Part shown: positions 1 to 11,541 of the stretch, piece after piece | Layout: each line of letters starts with the position of its first letter | How positions within the stretch are numbered: position 1 is the first letter of the stretch | Assembly: GCA_950097015.1 (NCBI GenBank) | Contig: CATNEN010000001.1 | Location: 17,670,001-17,734,000 of the forward strand | DNA: 64,000 nt | Reading direction: 5' to 3' | From: Macrostomum hystrix | Lineage: Eukaryota > Animalia > Platyhelminthes | Made by a program: the position numbers and the translations under genes | The notes under the pieces: generated by a model | Told to the model about the DNA's origin: nothing | Database searches by the model: none | What the model saw: only the letters and a program-made list of their open reading frames with translations

Positions 1-219
1 CGAGGGCGCCGATGGAAAGCGAAGCTCCCAGCTCACCGTTGTTGAGAAGGCCTACATGGAGCCTGGCGAGCAGATCAGCCTGATGCTCACCAGCACGGAA
101 CCTGTGCTGGACCTGGCCCGTCTGACCGTGTCCTGGAAGCACCGTTGGACTCTGGCGATTCTCACCCAGAAACTGCACATCAACCGCGTGGAGATCTTCG
201 AAGGCCTCAAGGAGAAGCG
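1..219 (+). CDS. Penultimate exon (partial) of a pancreatic-lipase-like gene, C-terminal PLAT/LH2 domain
   Basis: Open frame EGADGKRSSQLTVVEKAYMEPGEQISLMLTSTEPVLDLARLTVSWKHRWTLAILTQKLHINRVEIFEGLKEK ends at donor CG|GTGAGA (219/220). The pattern resembles the beta-sandwich C-terminal domain of the pancreatic lipase family. Confidence 0.55.
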
Positions 220-382
220 GTGAGAGCTCAATTTGAGGTTGAGAGGCTTTCGTAAACGATATTGTGACTCTGGGGATAGTGTTAGCTGCTTAACTTGAGA
301 ACTGTGGGCAGTGCTACAAGTACCAGGAAGTTTTTTGAAATCTTATCTGAAATTTCCCTATCACCCAAACTGCCTACTTCAG

Positions 383-458
383 GTCCTCCTACTGCGCCAA
401 GAATGTGGCCATCGAGTCAGGAAAATCGTTGACCCTCTCGGCGTCCAGCATCTGCTAG
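383..458 (+). CDS. Terminal exon of the same lipase-like gene
   Basis: Acceptor CTACTTCAG|G, phase-compatible with the previous exon. Encodes (R)SSYCAKNVAIESGKSLTLSASSIC*, matching the lipase C-terminal F/Y-C...L-T-L...C pattern. Confidence 0.55.
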
Positions 459-2851
459 ATAAATGATAGACTGCACAACTCGCTTATTCAGTAATATAAA
501 AAACGTGTGAAAAATACCATCGAAAGAAATTAAGTCGACAAATTTGAGTATCTTAGGCATCGTCGGACTTTGTGATTCAGTGTCGACGTGAATATTGTGG
601 CAAATGGAGCGGCTCCCAAGTCGAAATTCTAATTTATATTTACTAACGTGTGTTCGAATTACTTACGAATATTCGATTAGACAGATAAACTTATATAAGT
701 GTATATTATATATAAAAGCATTATGGTACACAACGGCGATAATACTGCAGGGTGCTCCACAGCCCCATTAATCTGAAAAGTCGCAATGGATTGACATATA
801 CTGACAGGGCCACTCGGCAAACACGAAAAGATAGAGGAGAGAACATTTGAAGGTTAAAAATGAATATCTGGGCTTTGAAATGGTGAAATGGGACAATATT
901 TCAGCACTTGTAGTAAAACTATCGCCTTTATCACAGGTTTGTACCAGCTGTTGATTGTCTGAAGACTGGGTCATATAATCAAAATCTTTTCATAAAATAA
1001 TTCAAACGTGAAAACCCAATAGCTGATTTAAAAAAGCACCAGATCAGACAAAAACTGAAATTTGGTTCACATTTATCGATTTCTGAGCGAAGCATTTTAG
1101 GTTTATGAGGACTTAACCGCTGTGGAAATTCGAACAAAAAACTGATGGACTAGCAGTAGGATCAGCAAGAAAGTTGGGTGAGGCAGAGCACCAGTGGCTA
1201 TGCTACACATGATGCGTGAAATGACACGGCGAAACTTGACAAGCTAATTCACAACGCGCTTACGATAAATTTTTCCGAGAAAAGTAGCTAACATTTTACA
1301 AACTTAAAAAGCTAGCTTTATCGAATGAAATTCCAATAAATCTACGAGCATACAGTTCAGGACAAACGTGTCATGAATGCACCCTCGTATAGTTGAACTT
1401 TGTCGGTTTGAACAGGCGATGACAAAGCGATTGTGTTCAACAAACGCAATATCAATTATTCTCATTCTCAATTTAAAATTGGCAAGGAAGCTAGAACATT
1501 TTAACAAAAAAATCCATCGAAAACCATTTCACAAACGATTGACTGTACTTGAGAAGCGGCTGTTGCTTTGCACACAACGCAATTAACATATGGTAGGTTG
1601 TGTCTCATGAGGCAGCCACTTAATTACGCGGTCGCCTGAAAGGAAAAGACAGTAAGAAAATGATGATAGGAACTTAACAGTTGGTCGAAAATGATATCTA
1701 TTCGATCGATCAAAGTGCAAGTACTGTCAGTGTGGTCGCAACTCGGGCCACGGAAGTCACTCTTCTGAAGTCTGACATTTGAAACTGCAGACATTTATTC
1801 AGCCCCGCCCTCCTAGCTGGGGGACCATTGGGAATTAGGACGGGTCGACGCACTGTACGTTCGTGACGAACGCCGAGGACCTGCAGTGTGACAGCGAGCC
1901 TGACATGGATAATATTAAACAGACAGACACGCACAGAGATATTATTTTGATGGGCAGACGAGCAGACCAACAGCCAGACAAGAGGAACTTTTGATCGCAT
2001 TACTGAGCTAGTAAATGTTGCTTTGTTTGTTGATTGCTTATCAGAAATCTTACTTAGTTAGGGATAATTTGTACGCGCATCTGTCTGGCCTAGTTAGATT
2101 CACAAGCCGGCCATAAGTCATAAAGTTATACAGCCCAGAACCCTCGCCAGCGCATCTTTAAATATCCTCGGCTGAGGACGAAAGTACAAAATTCAATCTA
2201 AAAATAGACACTCACTTTAACTTTTCCCGCATTCGTGCCCCCTGAGGTCGGCTTTTAGTTCTGCTGGGCGGCCCTGCTTCTCAGTTTCTTCCCCCGCTAT
2301 TTATCCCCAATGTTTGCAATATTATCTATCTATCTACCAGCTTTTTATTCGTTTCCTCTTCATGAAAAGCAGAACACACGCGCACACAGCACCCTGACAA
2401 CCAGGTGGCCTAGGTGGATGCCCCAGGACAGCGCCGCATTGGGGCATTGAAGGTCGCACTCGCTCAGCGGTAACCGACTCCGCTTCCGGTCGCTTTTGAA
2501 GGTGGATCTGGTAGTGCCAGACAAGCCACCGACTAAGCTAAAGGATAGGCATAAAAGATCAAGATTCTTGGAAACCTGTCGTTAAGGTCATTAGATGCAG
2601 AGGCTGCTGCTGATTGAACGGGGAATGTGTAAATTCCCGAATGCACCGTGGCATGGTAGTTTAAAAATGCATTCCTTCTTCCTTCATGCCCTCATCTGTC
2701 AGTCAAAGTTCCCTCAAACTTTCTGCCACTCACGCGTCTATTCTGGCAGCCTGTGACAAGCGGGCGACTCACCGCAAATTCTGTGCTTGGCATTAGGGTT
2801 GAGCTGAGCTGTAGTGCGGAAACACAATCAAAATGACACTCCCAAAAGCTC

Positions 2852-4603
2852 TCATACATCGGTCTCGAAGCAAGCCACGCTGCTCTTGTTAGAGTTGTGC
2901 TGCTGCTGCTGCTGTGCGTGATTTTGCTTGACCGAAGGTTGCGACTCCGAGCGGTGCATCGAAAGCAGATTGGCTTCGGTGACGGCGTCAACTTCCGACG
3001 CTTCTGAGGCCCGACTCCCCGACACCAGCGAGTTTTTCCTGCTGTCCTTGTAGGCCGGGCACGACTGCACGTGAACGTAGGTCTGCTTGTCCTCCGACTC
3101 AGTCTCCCGGTGGTAGAAGTAGTTGAAGTTAGACACGATGACTGGCACCGGCAGGGCGATCGTGAGCACACCGGCGATGGCGCACAGGGAGCCGACCAGT
3201 TTGCCCCACACCGTCACTGGCCGCATGTCTCCATAGCCGACGGTTGTCATGGTGACTACGGCCCACCAGAACGCCGATGGTATCGAGTCGAAGTGCGACT
3301 TCTCCGCTGAGTCGGCCTCGGCAAAGTACACAGCCGATGAGAAGAGGATTACGCTGATGAAGAGAAAGAAGACCAGCAGGCCGAGCTCTCGAACCGAGGC
3401 TTTGAGCGTCTGTCCAAGGATTTGCAGCCCCTTGAAGTGCCGGCTGAGCTTGAAGATCCTGAACACTCGAACCAGACGAATCACCCGCAGCACCGCCAGC
3501 GACATCGCCTGGTTGCTCCTGCTGTCGTCCGCTATCACCGTGCCCAGCGTGATGAAGTAGGGAATGATGGCCACAATGTCGATCAGGTTCATGATGTTCT
3601 TGAAGAAGCCAATCTTTGCCGGTGAAGATGCAAACCTGACAAGCAGCTCGAATGTGAACCAGATGATGCAGACTGTCTCAATGACGAAGAAGGACTCTCC
3701 GAACTGCGGTATGTCATCCTCCTCGATTACTTGGCTGGTGGTGTTTCCGTAGGTCTCGTTGATCACCTTGTAGTGCCGGAAGTGGGGCAGAGTCTCCACG
3801 CAGAAGATCACTATGCTGAGCAGGATGACGCACACTGAGATGATGGCGATCACGCGGGCTGCCATGGAACTCTCGGGGTACTCGAAAAGCAGCCACACCT
3901 TTCGTTGGAACTCATTATCCGGCAGCACCTTCACCTCCTCCTTGATGAAGCCTTCGTCGTCGCGGTATTTCTCAATGGCGTCTTCACCCAGCTCGTAGAA
4001 GCGGATCTCCTCTGTGAAGACGTCGATGGGCACGTTGACGGGTCGTCGAAGCCTGCCGCCGCTCTGGTAAAAGTACAAAATAGCGTCGAAAGAAGGCCGA
4101 TTGCGGTCGAAGAAATACTCGTTGCGCAACGGGTCGTAGTAGCGATTGCGCTTCTGCGAGCTTCCCAGCAGAGTCTCGGGAAACTGGTTCAGCGTTTTTA
4201 GCTGCGTCTCAAAGCGTAGTCCGCTGACGTTGATGACCACGCGGTCGCTGTCAAACGCCCTTGAAGCCGATTCGTCAAACTGGTTTTGTTGAAGATGCTG
4301 ATTGTGCTGCTGCTGCTGCTGCAGTTGCAGTTGCCCTCCAGCGGGGTGAGCTGTTGTTGGCGACATGTCATCGGGGTGAAGATCTTCGCCCGGTCTAGAC
4401 AGCTGAGATGGCGGCATCTTCGGGTAGGATCTGAAATGAATCGGAGTTCCTGGCTGAGACTCCTGCTGATACTGCTGATGCTGCTGATGCTGCTGATGCT
4501 GCTGATTGTGGGGCTTGTGGTACAGATGGTGCTTGTAGCTTGTACCAGGGATATCGGTACAACTGCCACTTTCTGTAGAGAGGCCAGCCATTGCCGCCTC
4601 CAT
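2852..4603 (-). CDS. Sh: Voltage-gated K+ channel, Shaker/Kv1 family (proximal unspliced isoform starting MEAAMAG)
   Basis: T1 domain ([13 protein letters not shown]...[15 protein letters not shown]), S4 ([18 protein letters not shown]), selectivity filter TVGYGD, S6 PVP motif and C-terminal PDZ ligand ETDV. The first ATG is at 4603; the track's 4684 start is not ATG. MEAAMAG resembles the MEVAM start of Aplysia Kv1 and mammalian Kv1.4. Confidence 0.97.
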   Translation of the reverse strand: MEAAMAGLSTESGSCTDIPGTSYKHHLYHKPHNQQHQQHQQHQQYQQESQPGTPIHFRSYPKMPPSQLSRPGEDLHPDDMSPTTAHPAGGQLQLQQQQQHNQHLQQNQFDESASRAFDSDRVVINVSGLRFETQLKTLNQFPETLLGSSQKRNRYYDPLRNEYFFDRNRPSFDAILYFYQSGGRLRRPVNVPIDVFTEEIRFYELGEDAIEKYRDDEGFIKEEVKVLPDNEFQRKVWLLFEYPESSMAARVIAIISVCVILLSIVIFCVETLPHFRHYKVINETYGNTTSQVIEEDDIPQFGESFFVIETVCIIWFTFELLVRFASSPAKIGFFKNIMNLIDIVAIIPYFITLGTVIADDSRSNQAMSLAVLRVIRLVRVFRIFKLSRHFKGLQILGQTLKASVRELGLLVFFLFISVILFSSAVYFAEADSAEKSHFDSIPSAFWWAVVTMTTVGYGDMRPVTVWGKLVGSLCAIAGVLTIALPVPVIVSNFNYFYHRETESEDKQTYVHVQSCPAYKDSRKNSLVSGSRASEASEVDAVTEANLLSMHRSESQPSVKQNHAQQQQQHNSNKSSVACFETDV

Positions 4604-4955
4604 GGCGTCCTGACAGTCTTCAGGGGCTCGCCGGCCCCTCAGACAGCCCAAGCACAGACACGGAGAGGCCGGAGGGAGAATCAAGGTCAGATGCGGACTG
4701 AGAGAGAACTCTTGCGAGTGGAATATTCAAGTGAAACAGCTGGTCACGCGGGACGGCTCAGGGGAGACACAAAGCGGGTCTCTCGTGGCCTGTGAGGCGC
4801 GGCTTCAGCGTCACTTTTCGATGGATGGCGGACTGGCCAAACCCTAACCCGCCTGTCGCAGAGGTCCGCGTTTCTATCCGTCCAGTATCAGTTGCTAGCC
4901 GGCTATTTCCCAATCTTGGGAGAATATTGGATTGGCTAGTGGCTTGGAGGTGGCG

Positions 4956-5147
4956 GGGTTGGAGGGGAGCAGAGAGAGGAGGCTGCTATTTGAGAAGGCG
5001 CTGAGATGAATAAAATGCCCAAAGAAAAAATGCCGTCAGCATAACAGACTAGCGCCGGCTTCTGAGTCGAGTATTCGACTCGAATAAAAGTCGACTCAGG
5101 CCAGAGTTTGAGTCGGGGCCATGAACTTGAACCACTTGATCTCCGGC
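4956..5147 (+). repeat. 192-bp perfect inverted repeat, arm A
   Basis: Base-by-base reverse complement of 9326-9517. Confidence 0.95.
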
Positions 5148-5840
5148 ACCTCCGATTGTTGGAGGTGCCAGCTGCCGGGGTTTCAGGGGCGCCGGGACGA
5201 GGAAAGAAAGAATTCTCGGAGAAGAGCAGAACTTGCGGGGGTGAGAAGCTGAATGCGATACGCGAGTGGCTGATCGCATGCTGCTGCTGCTGCTGCTGCT
5301 GCTGCCTACTCTGCCTCCTCGACCCGTCCTAGCCGCTGCTAGGGAAAAAGTGACTTGATTAGGCCGAGTCTCTGACCCCCCTGACTGGTCTATCTGGGAT
5401 TTCTCGGTTGGGGAAGTGAGTTGGGGGATGCGACAGGGCGGAGTTGGGTCTTCGACGATCCTGATCCCGTTTCTGTCTATCCTGTCCGTCTGTGTGACTG
5501 GCCAACACACACACACACAACTTGGAGCAGAGCCAATGGACAGGGTTCGGGTCAAGTAAAAGACAGAGAGGGAGAGAGAGGGGACAAATTAGATGGGGAT
5601 CCTGGGCTGCACAAATATCCCAATATCCCACTATGTTTTTTCTTCCCCTCTCTCAGCTGTCACAGCTGTAATAGGCCTAACTTTGTTAGCCTCAGCCATT
5701 GGCACAGACTCCAGACTGCTCCAGAAGGGGCAATTAATCTCCCTGCTCAATTATCCTTTGTGTTGTGAGCAATTAGGAAAAAGTATCCCAATTAGTTTGT
5801 GTTTAATATTGGCCGAGATTATTTACGAAAATTGCCATTT

Positions 5841-6891
5841 TCGGGATCGGGATCAGGGATCGGGATCAGGGATCGGGATCAGGGATCGGGATCAGGGATC
5901 GGGATCAGGGATCGGGATCAGGGATCGGGATCAGGGATCGGGATCAGGGATCGGGATCAGGGATCGGGATCAGGGATCGGGATCAGGGATCGGGATCAGG
6001 GATCGGGATCAGGGATCGGGATCAGGGATCGGGATCAGGGATCGGGATCAGGGATCGGGATCAGGGATCGGGATCAGGGATCGGGATCAGGGATCGGGAT
6101 CAGGGATCGGGATCAGGGATCGGGATCAGGGATCGGGATCAGGGATCGGGATCAGGGATCGGGATCAGGGATCGGGATCAGGGATCGGGATCAGGGATCG
6201 GGATCAGGGATCGGGATCAGGGATCGGGATCAGGGATCGGGATCAGGGATCGGGATCAGGGATCGGGATCAGGGATCGGGATCAGGGATCGGGATCAGGG
6301 ATCGGGATCAGGGATCGGGATCAGGGATCGGGATCAGGGATCGGGATCAGGGATCGGGATCAGGGATCGGGATCAGGGATCGGGATCAGGGATCGGGATC
6401 AGGGATCGGGATCAGGGATCGGGATCAGGGATCGGGATCAGGGATCGGGATCAGGGATCGGGATCAGGGATCGGGATCAGGGATCGGGATCAGGGATCGG
6501 GATCAGGGATCGGGATCAGGGATCGGGATCAGGGATCGGGATCAGGGATCGGGATCAGGGATCGGGATCAGGGATCGGGATCAGGGATCGGGATCAGGGA
6601 TCGGGATCAGGGATCGGGATCAGGGATCGGGATCAGGGATCGGGATCAGGGATCGGGATCAGGGATCGGGATCAGGGATCGGGATCAGGGATCGGGATCA
6701 GGGATCGGGATCAGGGATCGGGATCAGGGATCGGGATCAGGGATCGGGATCAGGGATCGGGATCAGGGATCGGGATCAGGGATCGGGATCAGGGATCGGG
6801 ATCAGGGATCGGGATCAGGGATCGGGATCAGGGATCGGGATCAGGGATCGGGATCAGGGATCGGGATCAGGGATCGGGATCAGGGATCGGG
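5841..6891. repeat. Homogeneous 13-bp minisatellite (GGGATCGGGATCA)n, ~80 copies
   Basis: Read directly from the sequence. Confidence 0.98.
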
Positions 6892-7379
6892 AGCGTCACA
6901 ATAATGTAACATAGACCCATCTGAGTTGTCTATCTCGATTTCCGCTCGAAGCAGTGGACAGCAGGAAGTGAGGAACTCACGTCTTTCTAAGAAACGCCGC
7001 CAGGAACGCAGCCATAACGGGCCCTACAGCAGCTTTTTGCGTTTAGAAATTTGCCTCATTCTATGTTTTTCTAGCTAAAATATATCTACAGGGCCTGTTT
7101 CAGATTATCAGTCGGGAGCAAATTTTATACCGATTTTTGTTCGAATTGCAAAAAAACACAACCCTATTTTTCATATAAGCTTAGAGCTACGATCGTGACG
7201 AATCGCGTATTAAGCAGGCTCCCACCCAGTGGCCGCTGTTGCTTTTAGGCAAAACCATTTACTGAATCAGTTTCACACGCTCGGCTTGTTGGTTGGACTT
7301 CCACAATGGGATCCAAATGCGAGTTTGAGTTGAATTAGAGTTAAAAATAAGCAGTTAATCTACACAAAGAAGCAGAATA

Positions 7380-7726
7380 AGACTGGGGAGAAGTAGACTG
7401 GGGAGAAGTAGACTGGGGAGAAGTAGACTGGGGAGAAGTAGACTGGGGAGAAGTAGACTGGGGAGAAGTAGACTGGGGAGAAGTAGACTGGGGAGAAGTA
7501 GACTGGGGAGAAGTAGACTGGGGAGAAGTAGACTGGGGAGAAGTAGACTGGGGAGAAGTAGACTGGGGAGAAGTAGACTGGGGAGAAGTAGACTGGGGAG
7601 AAGTAGACTGGGGAGAAGTAGACTGGGGAGAAGTAGACTGGGGAGAAGTAGACTGGGGAGAAGTAGACTGGGGAGAAGTAGACTGGGGAGAAGTAGACTG
7701 GGGAGAAGTAGACTGGGGAGAAGTAG
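7380..7726. repeat. 15-bp minisatellite (AGACTGGGGAGAAGT)n, ~23 copies
   Basis: Read directly from the sequence. Confidence 0.97.
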
Positions 7727-7855
7727 TTTGGTAAGAAGTAGATTTGAAAGTAGATTAGGAGACTGGACGAATAAATGAGAAGTAGATTAGGAGATTGGGT
7801 TTGAGTTTAACCAATCGAAAGAGTTAAAAGTAGATCAGAAGTAAATCAAACTGAC

Positions 7856-8092
7856 CTTCTGCTCTCAGTCATGGGGGTGAGGCTCTCTCCGCTGTAATCA
7901 ACGCAGCCTCCGCAGCCGCTGCTAGCAGTCGCAGCGCCCACCGCCCTTGACGACAGCTGGTGATGCTGGTGCTGCCTGAGCTGCTGCGGTGCTTCTGTGT
8001 CCAAACCGGCGACTCCTGGCAGGTTTGGCGACTGGCAGACTGAACCAGGGCCGAAGCGGCTGCTGGAGCAGGCGGTGCCCGTGGTCCCCTTC
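7856..8092 (-). CDS. Candidate internal alternative exon of Shaker (237 nt, phase 2-2)
   Basis: Branch point ACTAAC followed by pyrimidine-rich CCGACCTCCGCAG| acceptor, and donor AG|GTCAGT. Length is 79x3 and the frame is stop-free: (R)KGTTGTACSSS...LTPMTESR. Confidence 0.55.
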
Positions 8093-8151
8093 CTGCGGAG
8101 GTCGGGATGTTGTTAGTTGGCCACATATTCTCATTGAAATGCTACGCAATG

Positions 8152-8330
8152 TGTCTCGACTGTCCATAGACACTGCGGGAACTGTCTCGACTGTCCATAG
8201 ACACTGCGGGAACTGTCTCGACTGTCCATAGACACTGCGGGAACTGTCTCGACTGTCCATAGACACTGCGGGAACTGTCTCGACTGTCCATAGACACTGC
8301 GGGAACTGTCTCAACTGTCCAAAGACACTG
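8152..8330. repeat. 31-bp tandem repeat (TGTCTCGACTGTCCATAGACACTGCGGGAAC), ~5.7 copies
   Basis: Read directly from the sequence. Confidence 0.95.
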
Positions 8331-8336
8331 TGAAAA

Positions 8337-8538
8337 GTGTGGCAGAGCGGCCTTGTCGTGCAATTGACGCCCTTGAGGGCCAACCTCCAAGGCACAGTGA
8401 GAGTGTACACTGCCTGACGATGAGAAAGTCAGGGCAGAGGTACACCCCTGTGTGAGTATCTTAGTGCGTGTTTGTGCTCAGGAGTCAGTCAAATGGGATC
8501 TAGTGTCACCAATTGATGTGCCATTGCCCGCAGCCCTC
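8337..8538 (+). mobile_element. tRNA-derived SINE, internally deleted copy
   Basis: A-box-like GTGGCAGAGCGG joined directly to the body CTTGTCGTGCAATT...GCCCGCAGCCCTC shared with the other copies. Confidence 0.75.
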
Positions 8539-9092
8539 AATGAGAATATCATTGCTAGCATAATTATTATTATCTGTTATAGCTTTGATATTTAGGATGA
8601 TGGAACATGAGTTTAGTCAGTCAATCACTCTATGGGGTTAGTCAGTTCGGACATTCTAAATTTTTACATTTTTGACATTTTCCTAGCCTTCTTAAAGTGT
8701 ATAAAAAGTATATTTGCTAATTTTCTTAAAAGTTCAACTATTTGGGCTTGTCGAAAATGTTTTCTCATAACTGAATTTCGATTCCTACTACTCATAGTAG
8801 ATTTATAGAACTTTATTGTGTATTGAATTTTTCTAATTGTCGCTTTTTTTAATTCGGTGTTAACGCAGATTAACAAAAAAACAGATTTTCGATGAGATTC
8901 GGATTTCAGCAAGGAGTCACGTGATGTGTTTGAGATGAAATTCTAATTTAGCGGGTCAGTAATTCTGGCTCAGGTGGGAATGAAACAGGAAGACTTCGGG
9001 ATGTGGCTCGGCATTAATTAGGGATAATGAAAATGAAACTAGAGAGAAGACAAGCAGAAGGTGAGCAGGTGAGGTGAACCTGTCGCAGCTAC

Positions 9093-9352
9093 CTGCCGAA
9101 AGTGTGCTCATCGTCTACCGCTGCGCCTCGCCAAGAATGTTCCGAGTCGCTCGAGTGGTCATTGTGATGCCGGCTGATGGCAAAGCCTCCACCCAGGAAG
9201 CTCATTCCGCCGCCGCCGCCGCCACCGCCTCCGCCGCCACCGCCGCCTCCGACAGTCATGGCCTGGGTGTCCCTGGCGGCAGCGGCTGCCACCGATGCCG
9301 CGGCAGAGCACGGACTGCGCGCCCCGCCGGAGATCAAGTGGTTCAAGTTCAT
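9093..9352 (-). CDS. Candidate alternative first coding exon of Shaker (MNLNHLISGG...EHTFG)
   Basis: ATG at 9352, open frame with a poly-Gly tract, ending at CAG|GTAGCT in phase 2. In frame with both the 8092 exon and the 4430 acceptor. Confidence 0.5.
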
Positions 9353-9517
9353 GGCCCCGACTCAAACTCTGGCCTGAGTCGACTTTTATTCGAGTCGAAT
9401 ACTCGACTCAGAAGCCGGCGCTAGTCTGTTATGCTGACGGCATTTTTTCTTTGGGCATTTTATTCATCTCAGCGCCTTCTCAAATAGCAGCCTCCTCTCT
9501 CTGCTCCCCTCCAACCC
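9326..9517 (-). repeat. 192-bp perfect inverted repeat, arm B
   Basis: Reverse complement of 4956-5147. Covers the 5' flank and first 9 codons of the 9352 exon. Confidence 0.95.
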
Positions 9518-9936
9518 GACAGCCGAACCCCTTCGCTTTCCTGCTCCTTCCCATTTTCTCTCCCCCCTCAGCATCCGCAGCCTTCCGTCTGCTAAACCCG
9601 AACGCTACCGACTGTCCTCCAGGGTTGCCTTGGCTGAGGGCGGCGTTCATTGTGCGAGTCCGGTTCATTTTTTTTGCTTTCAAGAATTTTAATAAAAGGA
9701 CTGGAGAGAAAAATAGCCGAGTTAGCAAAGTGAAAGCGAGGGTAGCATCTCGACTCACATCTGCATCAATTCAATGCCTCCGATTGCTCAAATAATTTTT
9801 ATTATAGTGCTCAAAGTTTTCGCATTAACTCAAGACGAGCTTGAATTCGAAATCTTATATTTCTCGCCTTTTAGTTTTGAATATAGTATCTAGGGCACGC
9901 AGACTGTCGATTCATTCGGCAAATCCTTTTGCACAC

Positions 9937-9970
<34 letters not shown>

Positions 9971-10407
9971 TGGGACGAATGCCGCATGTGCGGCATGGGA
10001 GAGCAGAGGAGAGAAAGAAAATTTAGACGAGATTGTTATCGAGACGAGACTAGTTGTGGGATGAGAGAGAATGCTCAGAAGCTAATACATATACGCGTTG
10101 AGGGAGGCTATAGATTATATATAGTCATTTTTTGCAACTAAAGCTCACAGCAGTCATGCAGCTGTATCAGATGGCGCAATCTTAATTATAGAAAAGTAAC
10201 CAGCATGGATCTTTGCAAACCCGGGAGAGGGTAGAATGGAGACAGAGGAATTGCACTTTTGTCTCTGTGCGAGCGTCTTGGTTAAGTGCTGAGCGCGCGA
10301 CTTGCGTTGGTAGAGAACCCGCGGGTAATTGAAATTGTATGTTATAATCTTGAAACTCGGCAGTTCGTTCAGAAATAAGAGGAGAGGAGAGGATGGGAGG
10401 GGATGGA

Positions 10408-11077
10408 TAGAAAAGGAGAGGAGAGGAGAGGAGAGGAGAGGAGAGGAGAGGAGAGGAGAGGAGAGGAGAGGAGAGGAGGGGAGAGGAGAGGAGAGGAGAG
10501 GAGAGGAGAGGAGGGGAGAGGAGAGGAGAGGAGAGGAGAGGAGAGGAGAGGAGAGGAGAGGAGAGGAGAGGAGGGGAGAGGAGAGGAGAGGAGAGGAGGG
10601 GAGAGGAGAGGAGAGGAGAGGAGAGGAGAGGAGAGGAGAGGAGAGGAGAGGAGAGGAGGGGAGAGGAGAGGAGAGGAGAGGAGAGGAGAGGAGAGGAGAG
10701 GAGAGGAGAGGAGAGGAGAGGAGAGGAGAGGAGAGGAGGGGAGAGGAGAGGAGAGGAGGGGAGAGGAGAGGAGAGGAGAGGAGAGGAGAGGAGAGGAGAG
10801 GAGAGGAGAGGAGAGGAGAGGAGAGGAGAGGAGGGGAGAGGAGAGGAGAGGAGAGGAGAGGAGAGGAGAGGAGAGGAGAGGAGAGGAGAGGAGAGGAGAG
10901 GAGAGGAGAGGAGAGGAGAGGAGAGGAGAGGAGGGGAGAGGAGAGGAGAGGAGAGGAGAGGAGAGGAGAGGAGAGGAGAGGAGAGGAGAGGAGAGGAGAG
11001 GAGGGGAGAGGAGAGGAGAGGAGAGGAGAGGAGAGGAGAGGAGAGGAGAGGAGAGGAGAGGAGAGGAGAGGAGAGGA
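10408..11077. repeat. Polypurine microsatellite (GAGAG)n
   Basis: ~670 bp containing only A and G on the + strand. Confidence 0.98.
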
Positions 11078-11541
11078 GTGAAAGCATAGGAAATGAAAGA
11101 GAGTGAGTGAGTGTGGATGCAGTTTAAGCTTGTACATCAGTTTTGAAATCAGATGGTTGCATAGGCAATAGCCGATATGTCAAACTGCAGAGCGGAAAAC
11201 ATCATCAGCAGATGGGAGCTGAGTGCGGTCGGCCATTTATGAGCAGCGAGTTCCCGGATTCCAAAGTTCATAACAGAATTGAGCTGCCCCGCGAGGATTA
11301 ATGACCTTGAATTCCCCCGAGCAAGTTGCGTATGGCTCAAAACTAGGCGTACAATTCACAGCCCCCCAGCTCTTGTGGGGCAACTCAAATTAGAGTTTGT
11401 CGGAGAGGCCACGGTTTGAGCTACACGCTGCCTAGTATTGCACTTATTGAATTCAAAATTTAGATTGCTGATATTTTTGGACAGTCATAGAAACAAACAG
11501 AACTTCTGCAGCACGATTCTTCAGAACCTAACAAGCTGAAA

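Noticed and set aside
2165-2190. CTGAGGA-C-GAAA resembling a hammerhead ribozyme core
   Set aside because: No stem II and no convincing stems I/III with an NUH cleavage site.
768-2700. Short ORFs and small hairpins between the lipase-like gene and Kv1
   Set aside because: No motifs or splice support; probably 3'UTR or intergenic sequence of the two convergent genes.
4604-4684. 27-aa N-terminal extension of Kv1 in the ORF track
   Set aside because: It begins at a non-ATG codon; MEAAMAG at 4603 matches known Kv1 starts.
5121-5252. Plus-strand mini-ORF MNLNHLISGTSDCW... starting inside inverted-repeat arm A
   Set aside because: By-product of the duplication. It stops after 43 codons and its nearby donor is phase 0, incompatible with the Kv1 acceptor even after inversion.
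5593-6914. Long ORFs of GSGSGIGIRDRDQ repeats
   Set aside because: Translation of a stop-free 13-bp minisatellite, open in several frames.
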